DNA of 64,000 nucleotides, from positions 5,574 through 69,573 of the forward strand of contig CAWBHP010000012.1 in assembly GCA_963788685.1 (NCBI GenBank), given 5' to 3'. This document shows positions 51,316 to 63,359 of this stretch, one piece after another. Numbering within the stretch: position 1 is the stretch's first letter; every line of letters starts with the position of its first letter. A program made the position numbers and the translations under genes. Origin of the DNA: an uncultured Chloroflexia bacterium (GTDB lineage: Bacteria > Chloroflexota > Limnocylindria > Limnocylindrales > CSP1-4). Below the pieces are notes generated by a model that saw only the letters and a list, made by a program, of their open reading frames with translations, did not search any database and was not told the DNA's origin.

Positions 51316-53994
51316 ATGCACACCAGCCTTGCGCGGCGCCAGCGCCATAGACGTGTTGGCACCCGCAGGCGGCCCCGCGGATCCTCTGCCGTCAAGAGGA
51401 CCGTGATCGCCATCCCCATCGTCCTGTTCCTCGCCTTTCTCGGCGCGGGTCTGGCGAGCCTCCTCGGGGTGACGGCCGCCTACAGCTACTACAGCGAAGG
51501 TCTGCCGGACCCGAAGGTGCTCCTGACCGAGCTCGAATTCGACCAGCAGACGAGAGTCACCGATGCCTCGGGTGAGATCGAGCTCGCCCGGCTAGGCGAG
51601 CGCAAGCGCGAGGTCGTGACGTTCGCCGAGCTGACCGGCGAGGTGCTCGATGCGACGACCGCGATCGAGGACAAGGACTTCTGGGACAACCCGGGCTTCG
51701 ATCTCGCGGGCTTCCTGTCGGCCACGGTTGACACCGTCAACGGCCGGCCGCGCGGCGGCTCGACGATCACCCAGCAGCTCGTCCGGGCGCGGCTCCTGCC
51801 GCCGAGCGCGTTCGCAGGGAGCCGCGAGGAGCGGAAGATCCGCGAGATCATCCAGGCGCTGCGGCTCACCCAGGAGTTCCCGGGCAAGACGGGCAAGCAG
51901 CAGATCATCACCGCCTACATGAACCAGAACTTCTACGGCAATCAGTCGTACGGCATCAAGGCCGCGGCGAAGACGTACTTCGGCAAAGCCCTCAAGGACC
52001 TCACCCTGGCCGAGGCGGCGATCCTCGCCGCGATCCCCCAGTCGCCGACGGCGTTCGCCCTGACGACGCACGCCGAGCAGGTCTGCAGCGAGACGGTCGA
52101 CGAGGGCGTCGAATGCCCGAAGTTCCAGCTCGTCGTCCCCGCCGACTCCGCTGTCGTGGTTCGGCGGAACTACATCCTCGACCGGATGAAGACGGAGAGC
52201 CCGCTGAGCGGTTCGCGCCACACGGTCGACGAATACGAGCGAGCCAAGTCCGAACCGGTCATCCTCGCCCCGCAGATCCCCGTCCAGTGGCGCGCACCGC
52301 ACTTCGTCTGGCAGGTCCGCGATGAGCTTGGCCGGATCCTCTGCCCGGAGGTTCCGGTCGACGCCTGCGAAAAGATCGACACCGGCGGCTACACGGTCAC
52401 GTCGACGCTCAACTGGTCGATGCAGGCGACGACCGAGAAGTGGGTCTACGTCGCAGCGCGGGCGACGAACTTCAAGGACACGACGATGTACCTGAAGAAC
52501 CTCAAGATCCCGTCGAGCGACTACGAGTGGCTCCTCAAGCTCAAGGGCAAGAACATCCACAACGGCGCGGCGGCGGTCATGGACTACCGCACCGGCGAGG
52601 TCCTCGCGTACGTCGGTTCGGGCAGCTACACGAGTCCGGGCAACACCAAGTTCCAGCCCCAGTTCGATGTCCTGTCCAAAGGCTGGCGCCAGCCGGGTTC
52701 GGCGATCAAGCCCATCAACTACGCGATCGGCATCGACGACCACACGATGACCGCCGCGACGATGTTCATGGACGTGGTGACCGATTTCGGTGGCCGATTC
52801 ACGCCGACCCAGGCCGACAACCTCGAGCGCGGGCCTGTGCGTCTCCGCTCGGCCCTCCAGTTCTCGCTCAACATCCCCTCGATCAAGGCCGGGCTGATGA
52901 ACGGGCTCGACCGCTTCTTCGAGCGGTCGCGCGACTTCGGCATCGACTACATGCCCGGCGCGCTGCCGGTGACCTCGATGGGCATCGGGACGCTCGAGGT
53001 CCACCCGATCGACCTCCTCGGCGGATACGGGGCGATCGCGAACAATGGTGTGCTCGCGCCGCGGACGACGATCAAGAAGGTCGTCGACTCCGAAGGCGTA
53101 ACGATCTGGCCGGACCCGGAGGTCGGGCCGCCGGCGGATCGCCCGTGATCAGCCCCCAGGCGGCGTACATCATCACGGACATCCTGGCCGGCAACACGGA
53201 TCCCAAGGTCAACCCGTACTGGGGTGAGTGGGCCGTCTATGACGGCCGGAGCCGCCGCCCGGCGGCCTACAAGACGGGAACGACGAACGACAACCGCGAC
53301 GTTCACGCCTACGGCTACCTCGCGCCGCCGGAGGACCCGAAGGCGCCGGCCCTGGCGGTCGGCGTCTGGATGGGCAACAGCAACAACGACCCGAACAAGG
53401 ACACGCTGTCGCTTGGCTCGTCTGCCCCGCTCTGGTCGCGGATCATGCGCGACGTCAGCAAGGGCATGCCGATCGAGGGCTGGAAGGCGCCATCGGGGCT
53501 CGACGTCGTGACCGTCGACGCCTTCAGCGGGCTGCGGCCCGGTGCCGTTCTCGGCGAGGACGGTCAAGGAGCTCTTCATCGAGGGAACGGCCCCGACGCA
53601 GGCCGACAACATCCATCGCGGCGTCGAGATCGATTCCGCCACCGGCAAGCTCTGGCAGGACGGTTGCGCCGGTCCCCGGAAGGTGGTCGGAGCACTCGAC
53701 TTCAGCAGTGTCGAGGCGAACTTCCCCGCCTGGGGCAAATACACCCGGGGCTGGGTCAAGCGCGCCTCGCGAGGGTCCGGGGTCGCGGGCGGTCCGGAAG
53801 GCACAAGGACGGCCTGCTTCTACGGCGGCAAACACTTCCCGTACGGCAGGACGTGGGGCGGGATCTTCGCCCCGACGGAGCTGTGCACGATCCCTGAGCC
53901 GTCGGAGGAGCCGTGCGGCCTGCTCTTCGGCCTGCCCTGCCCGACGGACACCCCGAAACCGCCAGGTCCGCCGAACAAGACGCCGAAGCCCTAG
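51316..53994 (+). CDS. Class A penicillin-binding protein (transglycosylase-transpeptidase); frameshifts near 53140 and 53530
   Basis: AIEDKDF, GGSTITQQL, RKIRE, YGIKAAA, GSAIKP (SxxK), SLN and KTGTT motifs. Confidence 0.93.
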
Positions 53995-54054
53995 CGGTCG
54001 ACCTCGGGCGCCGCGGAGCGCGCCTCGGACCTGGGCCGCGCGGCAGTCCTGGCT

Positions 54055-56400
54055 CTAGAGCGTAATGATCGAGGCGCCGTCGCCGCCCTCGCCCCGTTCG
54101 CCGGCGCGGACGCCTTTGACGAGCGGATGGCTACCCGCCTCCGCCCGGACCGCGTCGCGCAGGGCGCCGGTGCCCATGCCGTGGATGATCAGGACCTTGT
54201 CCAGGCCCGCTAGCGAGGCATCGTCGAGATAGCGATCGAGCGCCTCGAGCGCCTCGTCGACCCGGGCGCCGCGCAGGTCGAGCGACGAGGCCACGCTGCG
54301 GGCCCGATCGACGCCCAGGGACGCCGTTCCGGAGTCCCACTCGCCGGATCCCGTGTCTCGCCTGGACGGAGCCTGCGCGGACACCTCGAGATCGCTCACG
54401 TCGACCGTGACCCGCATCCCGCCGGCTTCCAGGGTCGCCCGCTCGCCACCGCGCTCGAGGGCCGCGATCCGGCCCTCCCAGCCGCCGGTCCGGCTTCGGG
54501 CCCGCTCGCCGAGGCGCCACTCGTGCGGAGGCGGTGGCGGGGCGATGGGCTCCGCGGTGCTCTCGGGGAGGCGCCCGAGCTGGCCTTCGGCGCGGGCGAC
54601 GGCGGCATCGAGCGATGGGGCCGTGATCGTCTCGCGCTCGAGCGTCCGGCGAGTCTCCTTGACGTCGTCACGCAGGTCGGCGACGAGCCGCTCCGCCTCG
54701 TTTCGGGCCGAGCGGACCAGCTCGTCCCGCTCCTGGCGTGCGCGCCGCCGCTCCTCCGACGCCTCGCGCAACGCTTCCGTGGCTCGCAGTTCGGCGGCTC
54801 GCGCCCGATCGAGGGCCTCGCTCGTTTCGCCCTCCGTCGCCCGGATCCGCGCCAGCGTCTCCTCGAACGCGCGCTCATTCTCGGACAGGCGTGATCGGGC
54901 ATCGGCGACGATCGCTCCGTCGAGGCCGAGCCGTTCGGCGATGGCGAAGGCCTGGCTGCCGCCGGGCAGGCCGATCGTCAGGCGGTAGGTCGGCGAGAGC
55001 GTGTCGAGATCGAACTCGACTGAGGCGTTGCGCGCGCCTGGCGTCGTGTGGGCGTACGCCTTGAGCTCCGCGTAATGGGTCGTGGCGGCGACGAGCGCCC
55101 CGGTCCTGATGAAGTGATCGAGGAGCGCCTGGGCAAGCGCCGAGCCCTCGGTCGGGTCCGTCCCCGCGCCGAGCTCGTCGAGCAGGACGAGCGTGCCCGG
55201 CCCCGCCGCCTCGACGATCCGGGTGATGGATCGAAGGTGCCCCGAGAACGTCGAGAGCGACTGGGCGATCGACTGCTCGTCGCCGATGTCGGCAAAGACG
55301 TCGCGAAGGATCGGCAGGCGGCTGCCGGCATCGGCGGGGATATGCAGGCCCGCCTGGTGCATGAGCGCGAGCAGGCCGATCGTCCGCAGCGTCACGGTCT
55401 TGCCGCCCGTGTTCGGGCCGGTCACGACGAGCGCCGTGTAGCCGTCGCCCATGCGGACGTCGATCGGGACGATCCGGCCGGTCAGACCGGGATGACGAGC
55501 GCCCAGCAGCACGATCTCCGCGCGATCCGTGGTCTCGGCGCGGACCCCGTCGAGTTCCGCGGCGAGTTGAGCCTTGGCGGCCCAGAAGTCGAACCGAGCC
55601 AGCGCGTCCAGCGTCTCGCGGAGCGGCTCGGCGTTGGCGGCGACGAGCGCCGACAACTCGTCGAGGATCCGCTCGATCTCCTCCTGCTCGGCGACCTGGG
55701 CCTCGCGCCACGCGTTGCCGAGCTCGACGGCGACGAGCGGCTCGATGAACAGGGTCTGGCCGCTGCCCGATGCGTCGTGGACGATGCCCTTGACCCGCGC
55801 TCGGGCCTCCGCCTTGACGGGCACGACGTAGCGACCGTTGCGGAGCGTGATGATCGGGTCCTGGAGCGCGCTCCCGAGCTCCGAGCCCACGAGGGAGTCG
55901 AGGCGGCGCCGCAGCCGATCGTAGGCGACGCGGACGGCCGCCCGGAGCCCTCCGAGGCGGGGCGAGGCCGTGTCGAGGATCTCACCCACCGGATCGAAGC
56001 TGCGCGCGAGCGTCGAACGCACCGCCGGGAGCGGATGGATCTCACGGGCCAGGCCGTGGAGGAGCGGCCGCCGGTCGTCGGCGAGGGACGTCTGGAGACG
56101 CGACGCCGCGTCGAGCGTGTCGGCGAGCTCGAGGAACTGGCTCGGATCCAGCCGGCCGGCGCGGGCCGCCCGTTCGATCGCCGGGCCGATGTCATGCGCC
56201 GAGCCGACCCCGACGCCGCTCCGCTCCGACAGCAGTGCCCGCGTCTGGTCGGTCTCGTCGAGGCCACGTGCGACGACGGCCGGATCCGACGACGGCTCGA
56301 GCCCTTCGGCGATGCGGCGCGACGGCGGGAATGACGTCGCCGCCGCGAGGCGTTCGCGGACCTGGGGGAACTCGAGCAGGGCGGTCGAGCGGGCGTCCAC
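54055..56400 (-). CDS. mutS2: Endonuclease MutS2 with Smr domain
   Basis: TGPNTGGKT, IGDEQSI.QSLSTFS.H, LLDELGAGTDP, TTHY, LDLRG...IHG.GTG.LR. Confidence 0.98.
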   Translation of the reverse strand: MDARSTALLEFPQVRERLAAATSFPPSRRIAEGLEPSSDPAVVARGLDETDQTRALLSERSGVGVGSAHDIGPAIERAARAGRLDPSQFLELADTLDAASRLQTSLADDRRPLLHGLAREIHPLPAVRSTLARSFDPVGEILDTASPRLGGLRAAVRVAYDRLRRRLDSLVGSELGSALQDPIITLRNGRYVVPVKAEARARVKGIVHDASGSGQTLFIEPLVAVELGNAWREAQVAEQEEIERILDELSALVAANAEPLRETLDALARFDFWAAKAQLAAELDGVRAETTDRAEIVLLGARHPGLTGRIVPIDVRMGDGYTALVVTGPNTGGKTVTLRTIGLLALMHQAGLHIPADAGSRLPILRDVFADIGDEQSIAQSLSTFSGHLRSITRIVEAAGPGTLVLLDELGAGTDPTEGSALAQALLDHFIRTGALVAATTHYAELKAYAHTTPGARNASVEFDLDTLSPTYRLTIGLPGGSQAFAIAERLGLDGAIVADARSRLSENERAFEETLARIRATEGETSEALDRARAAELRATEALREASEERRRARQERDELVRSARNEAERLVADLRDDVKETRRTLERETITAPSLDAAVARAEGQLGRLPESTAEPIAPPPPPHEWRLGERARSRTGGWEGRIAALERGGERATLEAGGMRVTVDVSDLEVSAQAPSRRDTGSGEWDSGTASLGVDRARSVASSLDLRGARVDEALEALDRYLDDASLAGLDKVLIIHGMGTGALRDAVRAEAGSHPLVKGVRAGERGEGGDGASIITL

Positions 56401-56406
56401 GGCCCG

Positions 56407-57137
56407 TCAGCCGGCGCGAGCCGCGCGACCGGAGCGACGAGGACGCGATCCCGAGACCGACGGATGCCCGGCGACGACGAATCGCCATGGCAGGTCTGTC
56501 CACGGCGCCCCGGCAAAGTCGATCCCGACCCGCGGCGTCGTCTCGATCGTTGGCGGGGACTCGCCGGGCGGGGCGGCCTCGATGCGGAGCGGCGAACTCG
56601 GATCGAGCAGGTCCAACCCGGTCATCGCCCGGTCGATCCCGAAGGCGGCCGCGACGAGTCCCGGGCCGCTCGCCAGTCGGTTCGCCGGTAGCCGCTCCAG
56701 CCGCGCCAGTTCGGCCATCTCGGCCACTCGTCAGACCGCTCGGCTGGCTGCCTCCGGCGACGCCGCCAGCTGGCCAGCCGGGCCGCGCGCATCGCCTCGG
56801 TGCCCTCGAGTGGCTCGACGGCACGCACGAGAAGCGCGGCGGGCCGGCCTTCCGGCTCCGTGACGATGTTCAGGCAGTCATACATCCCGTAGACAAGGTA
56901 CACGTAGGCGATGCCCGGTGGCCCGTGCATGACCGCGTTCCGAGCGGTCCGCCCGAACCGGGCGTGGGATGCCCGGTCCTCCTCCCCGATGTAGGCCTCG
57001 AGTTCAACGATCCGACCGACGCGCCGTGGGCTATCGGCGTTGTCGGGCTGCCCTCCGTCGCGGACGAGGCGCGCCCCCAGGAGTGCGGCGGCCGCCTCGA
57101 GCGTCGGCCGCTGGACGAGCGCGGCGGCCTCGTTCAG
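56407..57137 (-). CDS. mpg: 3-methyladenine DNA glycosylase (MPG/AAG); frameshifts
   Basis: [44 protein letters not shown]. Confidence 0.9.
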
Positions 57138-57725
57138 CGCGGGAAGGCGTAGAACGTCTTCAGGTCATCGGGGATGAGCAGGCCGAAGACGTTGTAGAAG
57201 CCGGGAATGAAGCGTGATCGGAAGATCTCGGCCGTCGTCGAGTCGTCCAGGAATTCGTGGAACCCACGCAGGAACGGCAGTTCCGCGCCGCTCTCGGGGA
57301 TCGTCGGTAATGGAGAAGAACGAGTCGAGGATGATGACGATGAAGGCGAGGAGGAACAGTCCCTGGATGATCCCGAGGATACCGCCCAACACCTCGTCGA
57401 CGAAGTTCGCCTTCTCGAAGAGCGGCTGATGGTGGTAGAAGCCCTGGATCACGAGGGTGAACGCGACGACCGCCGCGACGAAGACCATTCCGAAGCCGAG
57501 CATCACCGCGTACTCGTCCGGGAACTGGTTCCAGTTGCCCGCCAGGTAATTGCCGAGCGGATCCCGGAGGTTCGCCGCGAGCAGGAACGAGAACACCATC
57601 GATGCGATGCCCAGGACCCGGCGGATCGTTCCCTGCACGAAGCCAAGGACGAACATGCCGCCCAGGAAGAGCACGACCAACAGGTCGAACCGGTTGATCG
57701 AGTTGATGAATTCCCCGATATTCAC
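57134..57725 (-). CDS. cvpA: CvpA family (colicin V production) membrane protein; frameshift near 57300
   Basis: FDLLVVL...[23 protein letters not shown]; typical neighbour of mutS2. Confidence 0.85.
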
Positions 57726-57812
57726 GAACACTCCTCAGCGATGGCCAACAGAGCCCCTCGGCCGCGAGCGGGCCACAGCGTAGCAGCGTGGAATCCGCGG
57801 TCGCAACCGGAC

Positions 57813-60348
57813 TCAGGTCCTGATCCGGCCGCCGACTGCCGATCCGATCGCCTGCGTGATCGCTTCCACCGCGGCATCCACCTCCGCCTCGGCGAGGGTC
57901 CGATCGGGGGCCTGGAAGGTCAATCGGAAGGCGAGGCTCTTCTCGTCCGGGCCGAGCGGGGCGCCGCGATAGACGTCGAAGAGGCTCGTCGATCGGAGCA
58001 GTGGACCCCCGGATGTTCGGATCGTGGCCTCGACCTCACCCGCCAGTCGATCTTCGGCGACGACGACCGCGAGGTCGCGCTCCGCGGCCGGGTGGCGAGA
58101 CGGGGCCGCGGCCACGACCGGCGGCAGGCGCCCGCCTCCGATGCCGGCCACATCGAGCTCTGCTACGAGCACGCGGGCGCCGCGTAGCTCCCACTCGTCG
58201 GCGATCGCTGGGTGCAGCTCCCCGACCCAGCCGGCGAGAGCGAGCCGACCGTCGCGAGAGCCCCGGACGGACGCCGCCCGGCCCGGATGCAGCAGCGGCT
58301 CGCCGCCGAGGGGCGTGTACTCGACATCGGCGATCCGGAGCCGGCGCGCGATGAGCTCGATCGCGCCCTTCGCGTCGCCGAGGTCGTAGGGTCGCGCCGG
58401 CCGGTCCCACGAAGCAGGTTCGGCGGCGCCGGTCCCCGCGAAGGCCAGCCGCCACCACTCGCGAACCGCCTCTCCCGAATCTCCGCCCACAGGGTCGTAG
58501 CCGTAGCCCTTGCCGATCTCGAAGATCGTGACGTCATCGGTTCCGTGCCGGACGTTCGTCGAGACGGCTTGAACGATGCTGCCCACGAGCGCCGGCCGAA
58601 GCACGGAGTGGTCAATCGAGAGCGGGTTCGTGACGCTCACGATCCTGCCCCCGTCCGGGCTGCCGCCGTCCACGAGAGGCATCGCGGCTTCCCAGCGGAA
58701 CGTCGCCGCGATCTGGGGCGAGACGAGGGCGTGCGTGACGACCTCGGTCAGGCCCGCGCCGGCGAGCACCTCGCGGATCGCGTCCCGGACCTCGAGCGGC
58801 GGATGGCGGTATGGCGGCATCGGCGTGTGCGGCAGGATCCCCGGGATGAGCTCGTAGCCGTGGATCCGGGCGACTTCTTCCGCTAGATCGGCTTCGATCT
58901 CGATGTCCCGACGCCACGTCGGAACGGTCGCGACCAGCGCTTCATCGACGCCGGCCGAGACCTCGAGCGGTTTCGGGTCGGACGAGACCGCGATGGTCGC
59001 CTCAGGCGGCGCCGGCTCCGCCTCGATCCCGACGCGGGCAAGCAGGTCGCGCTGCTCGTTCGGCGGCAACGACGTGCCGAGGAGGCGATTGACCCGAGCC
59101 GGGCGGAACGCGACGCGCGCTGGCGGCGGCTCGTGGGGCGCCGTGTCGACGCTGCCCGTGGCGACGGCGCCGCCGGCCCACTCGACGATGAGCCGGGCCG
59201 TCCGATCCGCGCCCAGTCGGGCGAGCCGATACTCCTGGCCCTTCTCGAAGCGGAGGCTTGCCTCTGAGCGCAGCCCGTAGCGCTGGCCGGTGCGCCGGAT
59301 GCTGATCGGATCGAAGATCGCCGACTCGACGATCACCTCCGTCGTCGTGTCGCTGACCTCCGACGACGCCCCGCCCATGATCCCGGCGATGGCGAGCGGC
59401 CCGTCGGCATTGGCGATGACGAGCGTGTCGGGGTCCAGGTCGCGATCGATGTGGTCGAGGGTCTCGATCCGCTCGCCGGGAGCGGCTCGCCGGACGATGA
59501 GCTGGCGCGGCCCCTCGCCCCCGCCGATCGCGGCGGCATCGAACGTGTGGATCGGCTTGCCGAGCTCGAGCAGGACGTAGTTGCTCGCGTCGACGACGTT
59601 CGAGATCGGGTCGGACGCCGGCCGCCCGGAGGCGCATCTGGACGCGGTCCGGCGAGGCACCCACCTGCACGCCACCGACCCACCGCCCGACAAACCGCGG
59701 ACACAGCTCCGGGTCGCGGACTTCTACGGCAAGGAGGCCCTCGATGGGCGGGCCCGACTCGGGCGGATCGGTCTCAGGGAATCGGATCGACCGGCCCTCG
59801 GCGGCGGCGACCTCGCGAGCAAGCCCGACGAGACTGAGGGCGTCACCTCGGTTCGGCTTGACGTCGATGTCGAGGACCTCGTCGCCGTAGAGCTCGGTCA
59901 GGGCCATCCCAAGCGGGGCGTCGTCGGGCAGGATGAGGATCCCGTCGGCGTCGCCGGTCAGGTTCAGCTCATCGCCCGAGCAGAGCATCCCGTTGCTGAT
60001 CGCGCCCATCTTCTCGGTCCGCTCGATCCGCCGATCGCCCGGCAGGACGGCGCCCGGCAGGGCAACCGGGACCCGCTGGCCCGGGGCGATGTTCGTCGCG
60101 CCGCAGACGATCTCGAGGGGTTCGCCGCTCCCCAGCGTCACGGTCGTCAGCGACAGCCGGTCGGCGCGGGGATGCTTCTCGACCGTCAGCAGCTCGCCGA
60201 TGACGACGTTCTGCCAGTCGCTCCCCCACCGATCGATCGACTGGACCTCCATGCCGAGCAGCGTCAGCCGCTCAGCGAGCTGCTCCGGCGTGAGGTCAAC
60301 GTCGACGTAGTCGCGGAGCCAGCGGCACCAGAGCGGCACCCTCAACAC
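57813..60348 (-). CDS. pheT: Phenylalanine-tRNA ligase beta subunit; frameshift near 59620
   Basis: HPRADRL, VCGATN, SNGMLCS, PNRGDALS, NYVLLELGKP, ASLRFEKG, C-terminal FDX-ACB domain. Confidence 0.98.
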
Positions 60349-60416
60349 CGAACTGCCGCCCGCTCACCGAGGTCCGAGGCGACGCTCCTGCGAGCCATCG
60401 GCCCGAGGCTCACGCG

Positions 60417-61458
60417 TCACCCGAACTGCCGAGGAACCGCAGATCGTTCTCCATGTACAAGCCGAAGGTCGCCGACCGAGTGGCGAAGGTTGGCGATCCG
60501 CTCCACGCCCATCCCGAAGGCGAAGCCCTGGTACCGCTCCGGGTCGAGGCCGCCGTACTGGAGCACAACGGGGTGGACCATCCCCGCGCCGAGGATCGTC
60601 ATCCAGCCCGTCCGCGAGCACGCCGGGCAGCCGGACCCGCCGCAGACGAGGCATTCGACGTCGAAGGCAACGGACGGCTCCGTGAACGGGTAGTAGCCGG
60701 GCCGGAAGCGCGTCTTCTTGTCGGCGCCATAGAGGGCCTTGGCGAACTGGTCGAGGAGGCCCTTCAGGTCGGCCATGGTCGTGCCTTCGTCGACCATCAG
60801 GCCCTCGACCTGGAAGAACTCCGAGGCGTGACTGGCGTCGATCGCCTCGTAGCGGTAGCAGCGGCCCGGCAGCAACGCCCGGATCGGCGGCTGCTCCTGG
60901 TGCATGACCCGGATCTGGCCCGGCGACGTGTGGGTCCGCAGCAGGTGGCCCTCGACGTCGACGTAGAGCGTGTCCCAAAGATCCCGCGCGGGGTGGTCCG
61001 GCGGAATGTTGAGCATCTGGAAGTTCGTCAGGTCGTCCTCGACCTCCGGCCCCTCGTAGACGACGAACCCGAACTGCCCAAACACGCGGGCGATCTCATC
61101 GATCGTCGCCGGGATCGGGTGGAGGGCGCCGCGACGGATCGGGCGACCGGGGGTCGTGACGTCGATCGCCTCCCCCCGGAGACGAGTCTCGAGCGCGGAG
61201 CCGCGGAGGAGCGAGCCCCGCTCGGCCAGCGCGGCCTCGATCGCCTGTCGGACCTCGTTCGCGACGGCGCCTACCCGCGGCCGATCCTCGGCCGGCAAGC
61301 CGCCGATTCCGCGCAGGACGGTCGTCAGGCGCCCCTTCCGCCCGAGCACGTCGAGCTCGAGCGCCTCGAGCGCCGGGACGTCGGCGGCAGCCCCGATTGC
61401 CGCCAGCGCGTCGTCGCGCAGGCTCTCGAGATCGCGGGTCAGGTCGCGTCAGGTCCAC
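60417..61458 (-). CDS. pheS: Phenylalanine-tRNA ligase alpha subunit; frameshift near 61440
   Basis: HPARDLWDT, LRTHTSPGQ, FFQVEG, YPFTEPS, GFAFGMGVER. Confidence 0.98.
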
Positions 61459-61482
61459 TCATCCCTCATCGTATGAATCATG

Positions 61483-61511
61483 AACCCTCGACCGATGAAC
61501 GATCGAGGGTT
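61483..61511. terminator. Stem-loop between rplT and pheS (possible terminator or processing site)
   Basis: AACCCTCGA...TCGAGGGTT inverted repeat. Confidence 0.45.
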
Positions 61512-61531
61512 TTCGGGCCAGCCGTGCGGAC

Positions 61532-61882
61532 TCAGGCGCCCCGGACGGCCTCGACGATCTTCGTAAACGTTCCGGCGTCGCGAACCGCGACATCGGCCAG
61601 GGTCTTGCGATCGAGCTCGATCTCGGCCTTCCGCAGCCCGGCGACGAATGCGCCGTAGGTCATCCCGTTCTGGCGGGCGGCCGCGTTGATCCGGATGATC
61701 CACAGCTGGCGCATCTGGCGCTTCCGCTGCTTGCGGTCGCGCGTGGCGTACGCCATCGCGTGGAGGCTCGCCTCGCGGGCCGGCTTGATGAGCTTGGACT
61801 TGGTGCCCATCCGGCCTTCGGCGGCGTTGAGGAGGCGCTTGTGGCGCTTGTGGGCGGTTACGCCTCGCTTGACTCGTGCCAT
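61532..61882 (-). CDS. rplT: 50S ribosomal protein L20
   Basis: MARVKRG, RDRKQRKRQMRQLWIIRINAAAR, LDRKTLAD. Confidence 0.99.
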   Translation of the reverse strand: MARVKRGVTAHKRHKRLLNAAEGRMGTKSKLIKPAREASLHAMAYATRDRKQRKRQMRQLWIIRINAAARQNGMTYGAFVAGLRKAEIELDRKTLADVAVRDAGTFTKIVEAVRGA

Positions 61883-61897
61883 CTGGTTCGATCGCTC

Positions 61898-62095
61898 CTA
61901 GAGATACGGGAGCAGGCGTCGAACCTGCTTCTCGTGGACCTTGGCCATCAACGTCTTGCCGGCATAACGACGGGTGCGGCGAGACGACTTGATCTCGAGG
62001 TGGTGCCCGCGCCAGGCCTTGACCCGGATGTACTTACCGCTGCCGGTCACCCCGATCCGCTTCTGGGCGGCCTTGTGGCTCTTGATCTTGGGCAC
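61898..62095 (-). CDS. rpmI: 50S ribosomal protein L35
   Basis: MPKIKSHKAAQKRI..TGSGK; between infC and rplT. Confidence 0.98.
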   Translation of the reverse strand: MPKIKSHKAAQKRIGVTGSGKYIRVKAWRGHHLEIKSSRRTRRYAGKTLMAKVHEKQVRRLLPYL

Positions 62096-62102
62096 CGTTG
62101 TC

Positions 62103-62973
62103 TCACTCTCCTGTCGCTGCCGGCGGGTTCGCGGCCGGCGTTTCAGTCTTCTTCTTCGTTGCGGCCGGCTTCCGGGGTGTCTTGGCCGGTTCGGCTGTGG
62201 CGACGGCGGCTGTCTTCGGTTTCGGCCGGCGTCGCCTTGGCCGGTTCGGCTGTGGCGACGGCGGCTGTCTTCGTTGCGGCCGGCTTGGCAACCGGTGTCT
62301 GCTGCCGACCGGCTCGGGTGCCGGCGGCGGTGTGGTCTCCGCGGCTTCCGCGGCTACTGGTGTCGGTGTTGCTTCTGCTGGCGTCTGGGGCGCCTCCGCG
62401 CCGTTCGTCCGCGCCGGCTCGCCGGCTCTGGCGCGGCTTCACCGGTGCCTCGTGTTCCTTGGGCTTGTGGACCGAGGCGACGGTGAGGTGCATCGACTTG
62501 CCTTCGAGGAGCGGCGTTCGCTCCGGCGTTCCGTGTTCCTTGATCCTGTCGGTAAACCTGGCAAGCATGTTCCGACCGAGCTCCGGGTGGGTCAGCTCCC
62601 GGCCTCGGAAGCGAACGGTCACCTTGATCCGATCACCGTCCTCGAGAAACTCGATCGCCCGATGGACCTTCGTATCGAAGTCGCCCGAGCCGATCTTCGG
62701 CGTGAGACGGACTTCCTTGAACGTCACCGAACGCTGCCTGCGCTTGGCCTCCTTGTCCCGCTTCGTCAGCTCATATTTGTACTGGCCGAAGTCGAGAAAC
62801 TTGACCACCGGCGGAGAGGCCATCGGGGCAACCTCGACGAGGTCGTACCCCCGTTCCTGCGCCAACTCGAGAGCCTGGGCTGTGGGCATGACGCCCAGCT
62901 GGGCTCCTTCTTCATCGACGACCCGAACCTGTGGGATTCGGATCATCTGGTTGACGCGCAGGTCTCGTGCTAT
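62103..62973 (-). CDS. infC: Translation initiation factor IF-3 with an AUA start and a long Ala/Lys/Pro/Thr-rich C-terminal tail (frameshifted)
   Basis: LRVNQMIRIPQVRVVD, DLVEVAP, KEVRLTPKI, KVTVRFRGRE; ATA at 62973 preceded by AAGGGG. Confidence 0.96.
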
Positions 62974-63115
62974 GGCTGACCCCTTCGAGCTTGTTTCGGC
63001 AATTCCAGCGACCGAAACGAGGGCACGCAGCGGCCCGGGCGCAGTCGCCGCGGGACTATAGCACAGGGCCCGAATCACGGGCAATCGAAGCCGCGACCGT
63101 CGCTATCCTGAGGCT

Positions 63116-63346
63116 GTGAGCGTTGACTTCACCCTGGGGCTGGTCGCGATCGTGGCGGCGTGGGTGTCGGCGCGCCGTTGGTCGCGCGGCTACGTTGCGC
63201 ACTACGGCCGGCCGGTGCCCCCGAATTGGATGGTCACGCGCGTCGACGATGGGCCGCTCGAGCGGGAGAGACGGATCCTCATCGCGATCCTCATCGGCGC
63301 GGTGGTGGTAGTGCTCAGCGTCCTGTCGCGCGCCTACGGGACCTAA
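63116..63346 (+). CDS. Small two-TM membrane protein
   Basis: Two hydrophobic helices in a 76-aa ORF. Confidence 0.55.
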   Translation: MSVDFTLGLVAIVAAWVSARRWSRGYVAHYGRPVPPNWMVTRVDDGPLERERRILIAILIGAVVVVLSVLSRAYGT

Positions 63347-63359
63347 CTCAGTTTGGAGG

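Noticed and set aside
51238-51316. T-box leader for tyrS (also sought for pheS)
   Set aside because: The intergenic space is too short and has no T-box consensus.
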